From Octopus vulgaris (taxonomy: Eukaryota): a stretch of DNA of 64,000 bases. Below the pieces are notes generated by a model. The model searched no databases. It was not told the origin of the DNA and was given only the letters and a program-made list of their open reading frames with translations. Below, piece after piece: positions 51,366 through 64,000 of this stretch (position 1 is its first letter; each line of letters opens with the position of its first letter). The DNA is taken from contig OX597817.1 in the NCBI GenBank assembly GCA_951406725.2, positions 141,980,001 to 142,044,000 of the forward strand, written 5' to 3'. The position numbers and the translations under genes were made by a program.

Positions 51366-51811
51366 CACATAAGAGTGGTTACAGAAATAGAGTGCATAAG
51401 AGGGTGGTGGATGTTTAGAAAAATTATTTCACTTTGTAAAATGATTAAATGATTGTAAAGAAATTAATTTTACTTCATTTTTGTCCACATGCGAAAACAA
51501 CGGTATAATCACCAAAGCTTCTAATTTTCTTGTAACTATAGTTACACATGTCAAAATAGACGTTATTTATTTATTCTTTATGGAATTAAAATTTTAAGAA
51601 TATTGCATCACAGTTTGCGAATGATCTTGTCCATTCGAACATATACTTTCTTAATATTTCTTCAAAATGTTTGTCGAGATCACTTGTAGCGAGGGTAGAA
51701 CTTAGGACAAAATTATTTAAGTATTTAATCAATTTCCATTACGTTCTGTTTCGGAGCCCACCATTGATGTTTGTAGGAACGATGGTATACAGTGATAGTC
51801 AACTATTAAAC

Positions 51812-52040
51812 TGGTACTCCGTCTGTTACGACGATGATTGTTCCAGCTGCTGATCCAATCAACGGAACAGCCTGCACCTGAAATTAACTTACAAGTGGTT
51901 GAACACTCCACAAACACGCATGCCCTTAACTTAGTTCTCAGGGTGGTTCATCGTGACACAGAGTCTGACAAGGCTGGTCCTTTGAAATACATGCACTACT
52001 ATTTCTTTGCAGCTGAGTGACTGGAGCAACGTGAAATAAA
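51812..52040 (-). mobile_element. SINE fragment (family-B tail)
   Basis: Collinear with 1988-2170. Confidence 0.75.
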
Positions 52041-52074
52041 GCATATTATTTACATTATTTACATTTGAGCACAT

Positions 52075-52560
52075 CCGAACGTGACGTGTAACTGGTACAC
52101 TTATGAGTACCCCTCATTCATTGGACAATGAACATTGCTTGCGAAGACCTAGTGAGGTAAGTGTTAACAAATCAAAATCACTGACATGGACGATGATAGT
52201 ACCGCCTGATTGGTACTCGTGCCTGTGGAACGTTACAAGTACATCCGAGCGTGATCGTTGTCAGGGCCACGGATTGGCTCCCGTGCCGGTGACTCGTGAA
52301 AAACAGCGTTCGAGCGTGGTCATTGCCATTGCCAGGTAGCACGTAAAAATACTATTTGAGTGTGGTCGTTAGCAGAACCGCCTGACTGGCACGTAAAAGC
52401 ACCCACTACACTCTCGAAGTGGTTGGGTGACGATTGGCATCTAGCTGTAGAAACTTTGCCAGATCAGATTGAGCCTGGTGCAGCCTCTGGCTCACCAGTC
52501 CTCATTCAAACCGTCCAACCCATGCCAGCATGGAAAGAGGACGTTAAACGATGATGATCA
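52075..52560 (+). mobile_element. Retroposon with internal subrepeats and an RTE-type (GAT)n tail
   Basis: Repeated CGAGCGTG.TC.TTG and CCTGA(C/T)TGGC motifs; ends CCATGCCAGCATGGAAAG.GGACGTTAAACGATGATGAT. Confidence 0.55.
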
Positions 52561-53438
52561 TGGTGATGATAATGATGATATTACCTGTTTGGCCACAATA
52601 TTTTGCACAGCAATATGTAATATCATGATGATCATTGGTAATGTGTTGTTTATCGCATTAAATGTATATTGAATGCTTAAAACTACAAAATATGTGTTGG
52701 TTACTCGTTTTTATTTATTTGTTTTTCGGTTTTTGAGATCGAGAAATGTGCTAAAAATAACACCTAAATAACAGCTAAATAGGTCTTAAATCACGCACAC
52801 CCACTTTTTATTTTTCATAATCGTATGAATTCCCGTGTGTAGAATACGCAACATTTTTCTGAAAATTCCAAACAATAAAAGATCTATGAGGGGTTATATG
52901 TCGTCCGTAATTCATTTGATTACAGTTTCATATAAAAACACGAGCTATTTTCGGAATATTGACAACACGTGCTACTCTTAGGATGCTGACAAAATGGGCA
53001 ATCACGCACAAAATGACAGCTTACAAATCCCGTTTTCTGACTGGGGGAGAGTTATTAAATTTAAATCTCCATAACTTTTTTTTAAAGAAATTTTAGGAAA
53101 TGCAAAATATCTCTTGAGATTCAGCTTCGAAAATTATATTAATGTATCAAATTATAAAATTTTCAATAAACTTTGAATTATTGAAAATTGGCAGCCTTAA
53201 ATCTTATTCCTGTGTTAAAACAGTGATAGTTTAGTATTTACGAGATGGATTTTGCAAATAAAATATTTCGCAAATATTTCGATGGTTATAAATTGTAAAT
53301 TTCGATGGTTTTAATATTAAAATCAAAGAAAATTACAGCTGGTCTGAGTTGAAATCTGTTCTTTCGACCACTGAGTAACCAGAGCTATGAAAAAAAACAT
53401 CTTGCCTCAACGATATCCGGACACACAAACACGTGCGT

Positions 53439-53476
<38 letters not shown>

Positions 53477-53497
53477 ACACATATATATATATATGTA

Positions 53498-53900
53498 TTA
53501 TTCTTTTACCCGTTTCAGTCATTTGACTGTGGCTATACTGGAGCACCGCCTTTAGTCGAACAAATCGACCCTAGAACTTATTCTATCAGTCTCTTTTGAC
53601 GAGTCGCTAAGTTACGAGGACCTAAACACACTCGCATCAGTTGTCAAGCAATGTTGGGGAACAAACACACAGACACATTCACACACACACACACACACAC
53701 ACAACACACACACACATACATATATATAAATATATATACGACGGGCTTCTTTCAGTTTCTGTCTACCAAATCCACCCACAAGGCTTTGGTCGGCCCGAGG
53801 CTATAGTAGAAGACACTTGTCCATGGTTCCCCACAGTGTGACCGAACCCGGAACCAGATGGTTGGGAAGCAAGCTTCTTACCACCCACCCACTCCTGCGC
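53498..53900 (-). mobile_element. Family-A SINE
   Basis: Collinear with the family consensus. Confidence 0.85.
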
Positions 53901-56900
53901 AACATATATATTTTTCTTCAACAAGAATAGATAGTATTGATAGTAACTTCAAAGTTTCAGAAAGCTGAACCATCATCCGAAATTACGAAAAATAATATTT
54001 TTTTTCTTCTGCCAAAGGTATTGAGTAATCCTTCAGTGTAATGTAAAATTGTTTTTAATATTATAACATAAAAACAAACATTAATATATACGGTCAAAAA
54101 GATACAGACCTGTGCTCTTTCCATCTTAATGTAGAATATACGCCATTAAGAAGATAGAAATATTTTATTGATACGAAGAGTTACTGTAGAGAGTAAGTTC
54201 AGAGTGTTTAGTTAGTTAAAGTTGCCAAAAGATGGCATCATATTTATAGTGATAGAACTGTAATTCTTTACAGTAATATTGGTTTACATCATGAAAATAG
54301 AAAGTATGTAATGTGTATTGTAAATGTGGACATTTGTACATGCAAATCCAACCAGAGACGAAATTACTGTTTATATATGCATAACAATGCCCAGATATGC
54401 AGGATATAATGTAGCATCGTATTGTTCGTGCACAACAATCACTAAATTCAATAGAAGAGTATAATGTATAAATTCGCTAAGACTATTTCACTTGTGTCGA
54501 CATAATATCGTATATAGTATCGATAATGCCATTGCCACGGCGATATTCTCTTGACACCACGTACTATTGATTACAAACAGCCTGTTGACGCTGTGGCAGT
54601 AATATGCTTAAGTTTCTTTAATTTCGTCAATGATTAACTTAACTCAATAAACGACGTGGTCTTTTTATTTCTATATTTATATTCAAGATCGTTTCCAAGT
54701 GTTATTTCCACTGGGAGGTGACAAGTGATAAACATATTTTATACTTGCAAGATCATCGTAACTTAATAAATTCAGCGCTAGGATAGAATTAGCCTATAAA
54801 CATTGAATAACGAACTAAAGAGATTGCCGAGAAACGCGGGAAAGACATTTTACAAACAAGGCCTACTATCTTACAAAATGTTGTATCTCTGCATACCATT
54901 CAGCGATTATTTTTCATGTGAATCCTACCGTTCACTTTAACAATGGTGTATATATCGGGACGAACTTTCTAGACGCATACACACGTATGTAAATTATGTA
55001 CACACATGAAAGCAGCAGTTTTAGTAAAATAGGATTTGTTTGTCACAAGTTCTAAGTCTTCTGCATAGAATTACTTTCGGTGAGGTGTTCTTTTATGTTC
55101 GTTTCTTAGTTGTAGTAAAATCTAAAAAAAGATAAACGATGCATAACAATGATCAAAGCTGTATTTGTATTTTGAAGCCGTTTAAGGAATTGCGATGTTT
55201 TCTACTTTGAGATATTAGTTTATTTTTGGTTCAGGACTCAGCTTTATATATTGATTGGTTAAATGCTAAACAAATCTAAGAGATGGTGTATTTTCCATTG
55301 AATAAAATGTGTGTGTATTTGGCACTCATTTTAACAACAGGAGGTGTAAAACTCGAACATCTACCCTCCGGTCACATATTTCTGAGTGATACTAATATTT
55401 GTGTATCAACTCCAATACTGGTCAGGAATCTATAGAGAGAGGAAATTAATGTGGAAATATCAAAGAATAAATTTGTGGTAATTAAGAGCGCAGTTAAAGC
55501 CAGGTCGTTAAACTCCAATGCTTAATTACATTGCAGTAAATCATTGCAGTTAATTACATTGCAGAAGTGGGACCATCGAAGTGGGACCGACTTACGTGTA
55601 CATTCATAATCGGCTAAAACGATCTTTAAAGCAGCTTATTTAAAAACGGAGAAACCATAAATTTAACTTATAGTTCATATTTTGTGTTCGACAGCTGTTT
55701 CATTAAGATTAAATCACTAAATATATAATTACATAGTTACAACCTGCAACTACGAAGAGAACCGAAATGGACGTCGGTCGCAAAACATGAATGCATTGAT
55801 TTCTTAAGAATTCGTACAAAACGCAAAGTAATTCGAAGCAGCGTAGCCAAGGAGATATGCTTTTAGGAGCGCAAACCAATTTGAAGGATACGATGTAATA
55901 TTCCGACATGGTTATAGCTAATATGAATAGGTTTTCTGAAAGTTGCATTTAATAGATTATATCATTACTTAAGGTAATATGTCACCGCCTTTAAATCGAC
56001 ACTGTAATTAACCCTTACGCATAAATATGAACGTATTGAATGAGGCTGGGCCATTAAAAAAACAATTTTTCAAAAGAGTTATCATATTTTACGTTATCTA
56101 AACATTGAATGTGTCTGGGAGTTTGCTCTCTGAGTCGTTAAAAAACACACCAGTGAATTACACTGTTAAGGCTATGTAAAGACAATTTGTAGAGAATTGT
56201 GTAAATTATTTCGTGCTAAGCTTTTCGCCTAAGAGAAACTATATGGCAAACATGACAAACGCTGTTATTGATTCGGTTGAAAGGAACGGGAGTTGAAGGA
56301 GCGATGAGAAGTGAGAGGAATGGTATGAGTTCATAAAAAGACAGAAGTGTTACACGAGTAAACATTACATGGTTTCTTTATCTACTTTGTCTGTAAATTT
56401 ACAGATTTCTGTCAAATGTGAACACTTTTACGTAAAGTTGCAACTAGAATTGTAATTATTTGCTGGGAGAGACCATTCTACAATTATTGATATATTTATT
56501 TCTTTATTGCTCACAGGGGACTAAACATAGGGGAGCACAAACAAGGGCAGACAAAGAGATTAAGTCGATTACAACGACCCCAGTGCGTAACTGGTACTTA
56601 TTTAATCGACCCCGAAAGAATGGCTTAACTGGCCGAAACTTCGGCGGCCATGTCAATAATATTCCTGTTTAAAAACAATAAATTTATATTCTACAAAAAA
56701 TAGCGTCACCCATCTGATTAGTGTAAAATTATTTTTAGTATAATTGAACAAAATAACTTACATATGCGTGTATGTTTGTATGTGTGTAATGAAATTAAAA
56801 GAAAGTGGTAAGTGTGTATTGAAGTAAATGGTATAATTTGAAACCAAATGAAATACAATTGAAATGCCATAGTGATTTGATATAAGCAATAATTTAACAA

Positions 56901-57514
56901 ATTGATGCTAATTTCTAAAATTATACGCCAAGAAATGATTAAATTTAATGCAGAGTTATTTTCAAATACACAACAGGCAGCAAGAAATATTAATAACTGT
57001 AGAAATTATTTGAAAATTGTCACGAATGTTTTTTTTTTTAACCGAACTTTTTATAGACAAATTGAAGAAATTGGAAATGATGTAAAGAACTAGTTGCTCC
57101 GATTAATGTAAATCATTCTGACAGAGCTCTGTGGTAGAAAGAAAATATATGGGAACACAATTCTAAAAAAAAGTTGTGATAATATTATTGAAATTGCTTC
57201 GAAACATGTGATTAAAATGTGTTATAAAATATAAAGAAAAATGAAAACGAAAGAAGAAATTATATCGTTAAAAAATGCACGATACGTTAGAGGGTAAAAA
57301 TGATCTTGAAAATAAGGTATAAATATATTTTTTATCATATTGATTTGTTGCTTAGACACAAGGTCTCGTATTTATAAGATAGGGGAAATGGTTTGTTGTT
57401 GACGTCCATAATTTCTCCAAGGTCATTTGCAGCGTCAGTGATACAAAATGTCTTTATCTACCATGAATAGATTTCTCAAACGGTAAATGTTTTTATACAA
57501 TATTTGATATGTCC

Positions 57515-58520
57515 AATCCGGTGAGCTGGCAGGAACGTTAGCACGCCGGGCGAAATGGCTAGCGGTATTTCGTCTGCCGCTACGTTCTGAGTTCAAATTC
57601 CGCCGAGGTCGACTTTGCCTTTCATCCTTTCGGAGTCGATTAAATAAGTACCAGTTACGCACTGGGGTCGATATAATCGACTTAATCCGTTTGTCTGTCC
57701 TTGCTTGTCCTCTCTATGTTTAGTCCCTTGTGGGTAGTAAAGAAATAGGTATTTCGTCTGCCGTTACGTGCTGAGTTCAAATTCCGCCGAGGTCGACTTT
57801 GCCTTTCATCCTTTCGGGTTCGATTAAATAAGTACCAGTTACGCACTGGAGTCGATAAAATAGACTTAATCCGTTTGTCTGTCCTTGTTTGCCCTCTCTG
57901 TGTTTAGCCTCGTGTGGGTAGTAAAAAATAGGTATTTCGTCTGTCTTTACGTTCTGACTTCAAATTCCGCCGAGATCGACGTTGGCTTTCATCCTTTCAA
58001 GTTCGATTAAACATGTACCAGTTGTGCACTGTGGTCGATGTAATCGACTAAATGTCCTTGTTTGTCCCCTCTATGTTTAGCCCCCTGTGGGCAATAAAGA
58101 AATAAATATTTGATATTTCCATAGCGGCGAGATGGTAGAAACGTTAGCAGGCAGGGCGAAATGCCTAGCGGTATTTCGTCTGTCTTTACGTTCTGAGTTC
58201 AAATTCTGCCGAGGTCGACTTTGCCTTTCATCCTTTCGGGGTCGATTAAATAAGTACCAGTTACGCACTGGGTCGATATAATCGACTTAATCCCTTTGTC
58301 TGTCATTGTCTGTCCCCTGTGTGTTTAGCCCCTTGTGGGTAGTAAAGAAATATGTATTTCGTCTGTCTTTTTTATGTTCTGAGTTCAAATTCCGCCGAGG
58401 TCGAATTTGTGTTTCATCCTTTTGGGTTCTAAAATTTAAGTACCAGTTACGTATTGGGGTCTATCTAATCCACTTAGTCCCCTCCCAAAAATTTCGTGTC
58501 TTGTGCCTAGAGTAGAAAAT
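57515..58520 (+). mobile_element. Two adjacent multimeric family-C SINEs (trimer 57515-58104, dimer 58121-58520)
   Basis: Five ~180-bp units; target sequence AA(T/G)ATTTGATAT(G/T)TCC present three times (57499, 58105, 58521). Confidence 0.85.
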
Positions 58521-59202
58521 AAGATTTGATATTTCCTGTTTGAGTAATGAACGTTGTAAAGAACGAACTAAATTTCTCTCAATGTGGTTACCACGACGAG
58601 TTTTCAGCTTCCCTGTAAGAAAGGTTTACTCCCACAAACTGATTAATCTCTCGTCACAATTCTTTTATTTTTCCCGTGTAGTTAGATACTCTTTCTAAAT
58701 TATGCTCAAACCCAGCCGTTTTGAGGAGAGGGGACAAATCAATTCCCTCGACACTAGTAATCGACCGGGAAAATTTAGAAGGTAAAGTTGACCTTGGTGG
58801 GATTTCAGATCTGAACGTAAAGTGCCGGAAAATATGCCGCTACCAGCTTCCCACCTTCACTTGGATAAATATTTGTTTCAAATATCGGAACAAGGCCAGA
58901 AAGTTCGTATGATAAGGCTAGTCGATTGCGTCGACCGTAATACTCAACTGGTACTTATTCTATCGACCCCGAAAGGCCAAATGAATCTCGGACGTATTTG
59001 AACTCAGGACATAAAGACGAAATGAGGTGACTAAATTGGCGTAGTAGACAACTGATATTTTTTTCCAAAAATATACGCGCTTAGATTAAATTTATTTATA
59101 ATCTGCATACAAACGAGAAATCGTGTTGACTAAAATATTTTGACCCCCGAGAAAAATTTTCAAAGAATATAGCGTGTTGCAAATACAGGTCTTTGCACGG
59201 TT

Positions 59203-59598
59203 TACTCTTTTACTCTTTTACTTGTTTCAGTCATGTGACTGTAGCCATGCTGGAGCACCGCCTTTAGTCGAGCAAATCGACCCAGGACTTATTATTTGTA
59301 AGCCTAGTACTTATTCTATCGGTCTCTTTTGCCGAACCGCTAAGTTACGAGGACGTAAACACACCAGCATCGGTTGTCAAGCGATGTTGGGGGGGGGGGG
59401 CAAATACATGCACACAAACATATACACACACATACATATATATATATTCACATATACGACGGGCTTCTTTCAGTTTCCGTCAACCAACTCCACACACAAG
59501 GCTTTGGTCGGCTCGAGGCTATAGTAGAAGACATTTGCCTAAGGTGCCACGCAGTGCGACTGAACCCGGAACCATCTGGCTGGTAAGCAACCTACTTG
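59203..59598 (-). mobile_element. Family-A SINE
   Basis: Collinear with the family consensus. Confidence 0.85.
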
Positions 59599-59892
59599 CT
59601 TCAAAGAAATGTAATGATTGATCAAATCCTCAACTGCTACCATAGATTGTATATTTGTGTCAGCTATTCAGGGTTTAGCAGTGGAAAAATAAGTAAGATA
59701 CATAGAAATAACAGTGTTACTAAAATGCAGTTCGAATTTTGGTGACAGAAAACGTATATTATTCCTGATGAGCTTGTGGAGGAGGTGACTGAAGATTTAA
59801 GCCCCACGACTCTTCCAGAAATAGCAGATGAGGAAGATGGGTGGATTTATGGATAAAAATGTATCCAAATGACAGTAACAATCAAAAAGATA

Positions 59893-60785
59893 TTCTTTTC
59901 TATTCTAGGCACAAGACCCGAAATTTTTGGGTAGGCGGCCAGTTGATTACATCGACCCCCAGTATGCAACTGGTACTTAGTTTATCGACCCCGAAAGGAT
60001 GAAAGGCAAAGTCTACCACGGCGGAACAATAAAAAAATATTACCAAATTTTTATAGTTTTACCTGTTTTTGTTTGTCTTGTGCAAATACTGTTACCCAAA
60101 TTCTTATTCTTTCACTAAACGCCTTATTACACTTGTTAGATATAATAGTGGAATAGAAACCTCTTTATATACGTAGATATATCTGACAGAAAATACTTTG
60201 AGAGAAATATCAGATGTTCTTCGAAAGGAAATAAACACAATGATTAGAAAATTCTATATAAATAAAGAAGACCTCATAAGAGACGCGCAGCGAATAATTA
60301 CTAATGCTTGGGAGTTAATTAACTGGAAAGATTATATCACAAAATAACGAGTAAATTAAAGATTATTTGTAAGTAGATTAGTCGCAGAAGAAAACTTAAT
60401 TAAAAGGGGAAAAATCAGTGATTTGATACCTTGAGCTGAAAATTTCGTGTCTGATCAAGAAAGGATAACAAACAAGCGTTGTATTGCGAGCGCATTGTAA
60501 AACACCTGATATTGAGGGAAAGGTATATCAATCCAATATTATTTAGTCGATATATGATAACATTTGGAGTCCATGAATATTTTGGCACAAGGCCAGGAGT
60601 TTTGCGGGGAGAGAGTAAGTCGATTACATCGACCCCCCAGTAATCATGTACTGATATTATCCACCAACGAAAAGACAAAAAGTAAAGTCAACCTCGGCAG
60701 AATTTGAGCTTAGAACGTAAAGACGGACGAAATGCCGCCAATTATTTTGCTAGGCGTGCTAACGACTCAGCAGCTCGCCGCCTTA
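59893..60785 (-). mobile_element. Family-C SINE fragments (59893-60026, 60578-60785)
   Basis: GATTACATCGACCCCCAGT, GGCAAAGTC.ACC.CGGC motifs. Confidence 0.7.
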
Positions 60786-61914
60786 GAGAACTCAAATATT
60801 GGTTTCAAATCTTGGAACAAAACCAGCTAGTCTGGGGAGGGTAAAAATCAATTCCATCGGAACGCTGAGATAGTCAAGAGCGATGTATGGTGAAGTTAAT
60901 TCTATAGAGATATACAGACTTAAAACTTTGATTAGTCCTAGAACTGTCAGCTGTTCTGGGTACACAACACAAAGCCACAGCACTGTTGGTGCAGATAAGA
61001 AACCCAACCAATCATTAGATGTGCGTTGATAAAATACTTTAAAATGTTTCGTCAGAGATAAGATGGAAGAACAGAGAAGAAAAGATAACGCCACAACAGT
61101 AAGAGGAAACAGAATTGCTGTTCTCATCGCATAACGGGTCGCAGCTTCAAGAACGACGGAAGAGATAATAGATTCGGCATCTCTAAGACCTGAAAAAGAG
61201 GAAACTAATCAGAAAGTTACGATCCCGAAAATCAATGTACAACTAGCCGAGGTCCTTCTCCTCCTTGCAATTCTCTCATTGTCTTGCAATGATAGGGAAA
61301 AGAACTCCAAACGCCCGGAAACAGAAAATACACCTAAACAGTGGGAATATTGACGAACTATTCTCGGGGTGAAAGTCATATTTAAAACAACAACAAAAAA
61401 GCTTTTGCTGGGGTGGGGCATAGATTTCTTAGAGCAGCAAAAATTCTTCATTAGATTTTTTCAAATGGATTTTCTCAGCATCACTGATTTATGGATACCT
61501 TGACTTATCTCAACATTCCTCATAAATAAAACCCTATCGTCTCTTAAACAGCCAGAGACGTCACATTACTTCTAGTTTCTCTTACACAAATTCCTTGGGC
61601 AACACGACCCATTCCTTTCTGGCATATCATAGTTTTTACCCAAATAAAAATCTAGTATTTTTTTGTATCATGATTACGTGTGTGCTGATCCAAAACTTTC
61701 CGTTTTATATTGTTATGTTTGGTTGTTTCTATTTGAAACAATTTCTCGTGAAGTGCTCAAAAATTTCTTTTTTCGTCTGTAGTGAGCACGAAAAAAAAGA
61801 GAAACATCTTTCACCTACTGTGTGTAATGGTTCTGTGAGATAACGCAGAGAAAATGAGTGACTAAAATATAATTTTAGCATGACAGCGGAGATTAACATG
61901 CCATGTCAGCACAA

Positions 61915-62013
61915 CAAGCAACAAAAGAAACAAAAACAAGAAAAAATAATAATAGTAACAACAGAAACAATAACAACAACAATAACAACAACGACAACAA
62001 CAACAACAACAAC

Positions 62014-62054
<41 letters not shown>

Positions 62055-62085
62055 TAATAATAATAATGATAATGATGATGATGGT
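61915..62085. repeat. (AAC)n/(AAT)n/(GAT)n microsatellite
   Basis: Directly visible. Confidence 0.9.
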
Positions 62086-62089
62086 AGTA

Positions 62090-62295
62090 AATTAAGAATT
62101 TTGGGACTGCTGTCAGGCTTGAAGTGATCCAGAAGACAGCATTGTTGGATACAGCTCGCATTCTAAGGAGAGTATTGTCTCTTTGAATCACAGGAGAAGG
62201 GAGTACTTGAAACCCTTGGTGATTTGTTATTGCCTGCTTTCAAGTAAAGAATAACCGGTAATTAAGAACTATCCGAGAGTCCTTCAGAATAAAAA
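62090..62295 (+). mobile_element. Short R4/Dong-like 3' relic between (TAA)n tracts
   Basis: LEVIQKTALLDTARILRRVLSL. Confidence 0.65.
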
Positions 62296-62330
62296 TGATG
62301 ATGATGATGGTGATGATGATGATGATGATG

Positions 62331-62383
<53 letters not shown>

Positions 62384-62384
<1 letters not shown>

Positions 62385-62785
62385 GTGAGCAAGTATAAAG
62401 ATCTTGAAATACAAATTAGCAAAATGTGGAACCTGAAGACTAAAACAATAGCTGTTGTCATAGGTTACCTAGGAAGGATAGCAAAAGGGGCTGATTGCTA
62501 CCTAGCACAGATACCAGGAAACCCCAAAATGGGGGAAATTCAAAAGATAGTGCGCATGGGAACTGCCCATATCCTACGTACAATACTGTCTATGTAATCT
62601 CAAATTTTAAAACAAACACATCATTCTCTTATGGCTTCTTAACCATTTTCTAGAACAACACTATGTACAAAACCAAATATATGGCACCCTAAGCATAACA
62701 ACAATATGAACTTCTAAGTTGTTGAGAGGTCTCTTGAGGTCTATAGGTGAGACTTGTACAAATTCAAATCAAAAGTCAAACATAA
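62384..62785 (+). mobile_element. 5'-truncated R4/Dong-like non-LTR element inserted in (TAA)n
   Basis: SKYKDLEIQISKMWNLKTKTIAVVIGYLG...IQKIVRMGTAHILRTILSM plus 3' UTR; (TAA)n on both sides. Confidence 0.8.
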
Positions 62786-62825
62786 AATAATAATAATAAT
62801 AATAATAAAAATAATAATAATAATG

Positions 62826-62856
<31 letters not shown>

Positions 62857-62896
62857 TGATGATGATGATGATGATGATAATAATAATAATAACAAC

Positions 62897-62948
<52 letters not shown>
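62786..62948. repeat. (TAA)n/(TGA)n microsatellite
   Basis: Directly visible. Confidence 0.9.
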
Positions 62949-62950
<2 letters not shown>

Positions 62951-64000
62951 CTGATGCAGTACCAGACGGTGGATCTCATGGCTTCTTATCATAACTGTTT
63001 GGAAGTGTTATCATGTACGTTGTTTTGTCTTGGTATAAAAGATGGGCTGCAGTAAATATTCTGCTCAATACCACAAATTTGCTTGTCAGTTGTTTGACCT
63101 TAACCAGTTGACCATGTCCCTTAGTGGCTGACGATATGTGCATCTCTGATCATGAACAAGAAGTAGTGGGGGAGCATCATAGGCGTGTGTTGAAAGGGAT
63201 TCTTAGAGGTTTGGATAATTCACGTTTGGAAACATGGGTGGTTCGTTCAACATCCTCAAACAATCCTTATTCAGGGACCTTTTGAGCGGGATGGGTTACT
63301 CGACCTGCAGAAAATTCTAACCTTGGCATCACCTGCAAAGTTATGCGCTGTTTATCTTGATATGAGATTACATGTCGCACACATATGGTTGTGATGAATG
63401 TGCCTATTGTACCCTTATCAGACGGGTAGTCATGATGGGTATACTGGGCTTCGTATATTTTACCCCAGTGTCACTATGATGGCATGCACTGCTCTCTCAC
63501 TTTATTTCAGCTGCCTTAGTACCGGGCATCCACTGGAGACCAAGAGTAGCAAGGGCACTTTTGTTTTGCTATGCATGCTAAAGTTATCACCACATTTATT
63601 CTGTTTTGTGCTTTCAATGTGCAGGTCGTTATAGTGAGAAAGCTTGGTGCTGCTTTCTGGTGTCTTTATTGGAAGGTGAAGGAAAATAACAAGGCTGGTG
63701 AGGGTGAGTGGACCTACTCTGAATATAATTTTCAAAGTCGGAGGAAAGAAGCTGGACGATGGCACCTCCCTTACTTTGGGGATGGTAAGTAATCCAGGAC
63801 ATTTTTGTGTGGAATTTTCCCCGAAAACTCCTCGGTGAGCTGCATGTAATTGCGAATTCTATTCATTTATTATTTCATTTTTTTTTCCTAAAATATCTTC
63901 ATATCTTAACCCTTGAGACAAATAAAAGGAATCAATAATATTATTATCATTATCAATATTATGATTGCAGTGATGCGCATCATTATTATTAGAAACAGTA

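Noticed and set aside
57000-57130. NVFFFNRTFYRQ resembling a PLE RT motif
   Set aside because: Too short and degenerate; the downstream GxAMG motif is absent
63502-63792. Possible exon (TGCAG...GATG|GTAAG) or decayed LINE endonuclease on the minus strand
   Set aside because: Neither reading gives a convincing motif set; it needs a homology search

Overview
AT-rich, microsatellite-dense eukaryotic DNA with no recognisable host gene, rRNA or true tRNA. The tRNA-derived SINE families and (TA)n/(CA)n density resemble cephalopod (Octopus-like) intergenic or intronic DNA; this is my inference and was not checked against a database. Almost all predicted ORFs are microsatellite or SINE read-throughs. 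The window holds about 40 SINE copies or fragments from several families, relics of CR1-, RTE- and R4/Dong-like LINEs, mariner and DD37D (maT) transposase relics, several MITEs and a Helentron-like element. The most striking signal is a set of non-coding elements, mostly sitting in (TA)n tracts, that carry type I hammerhead ribozyme (HHR) motifs and occur as tandem and/or fold-back (inverted) copies. The best case is a young, >99% identical array of a 644-bp unit at 19217-22672. It has about 3.9 direct copies, then about 1.4 inverted copies, and one HHR per unit with an unusually long stem II. An older 469-bp family shows the same architecture, at least four more HHR families are scattered through the window, and a Penelope-like reverse transcriptase relic lies 1.2 kb from the array. 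This points to a Penelope-dependent, retrozyme-like system targeting TA microsatellites. All coordinates were read by eye and may be off by a few bases.
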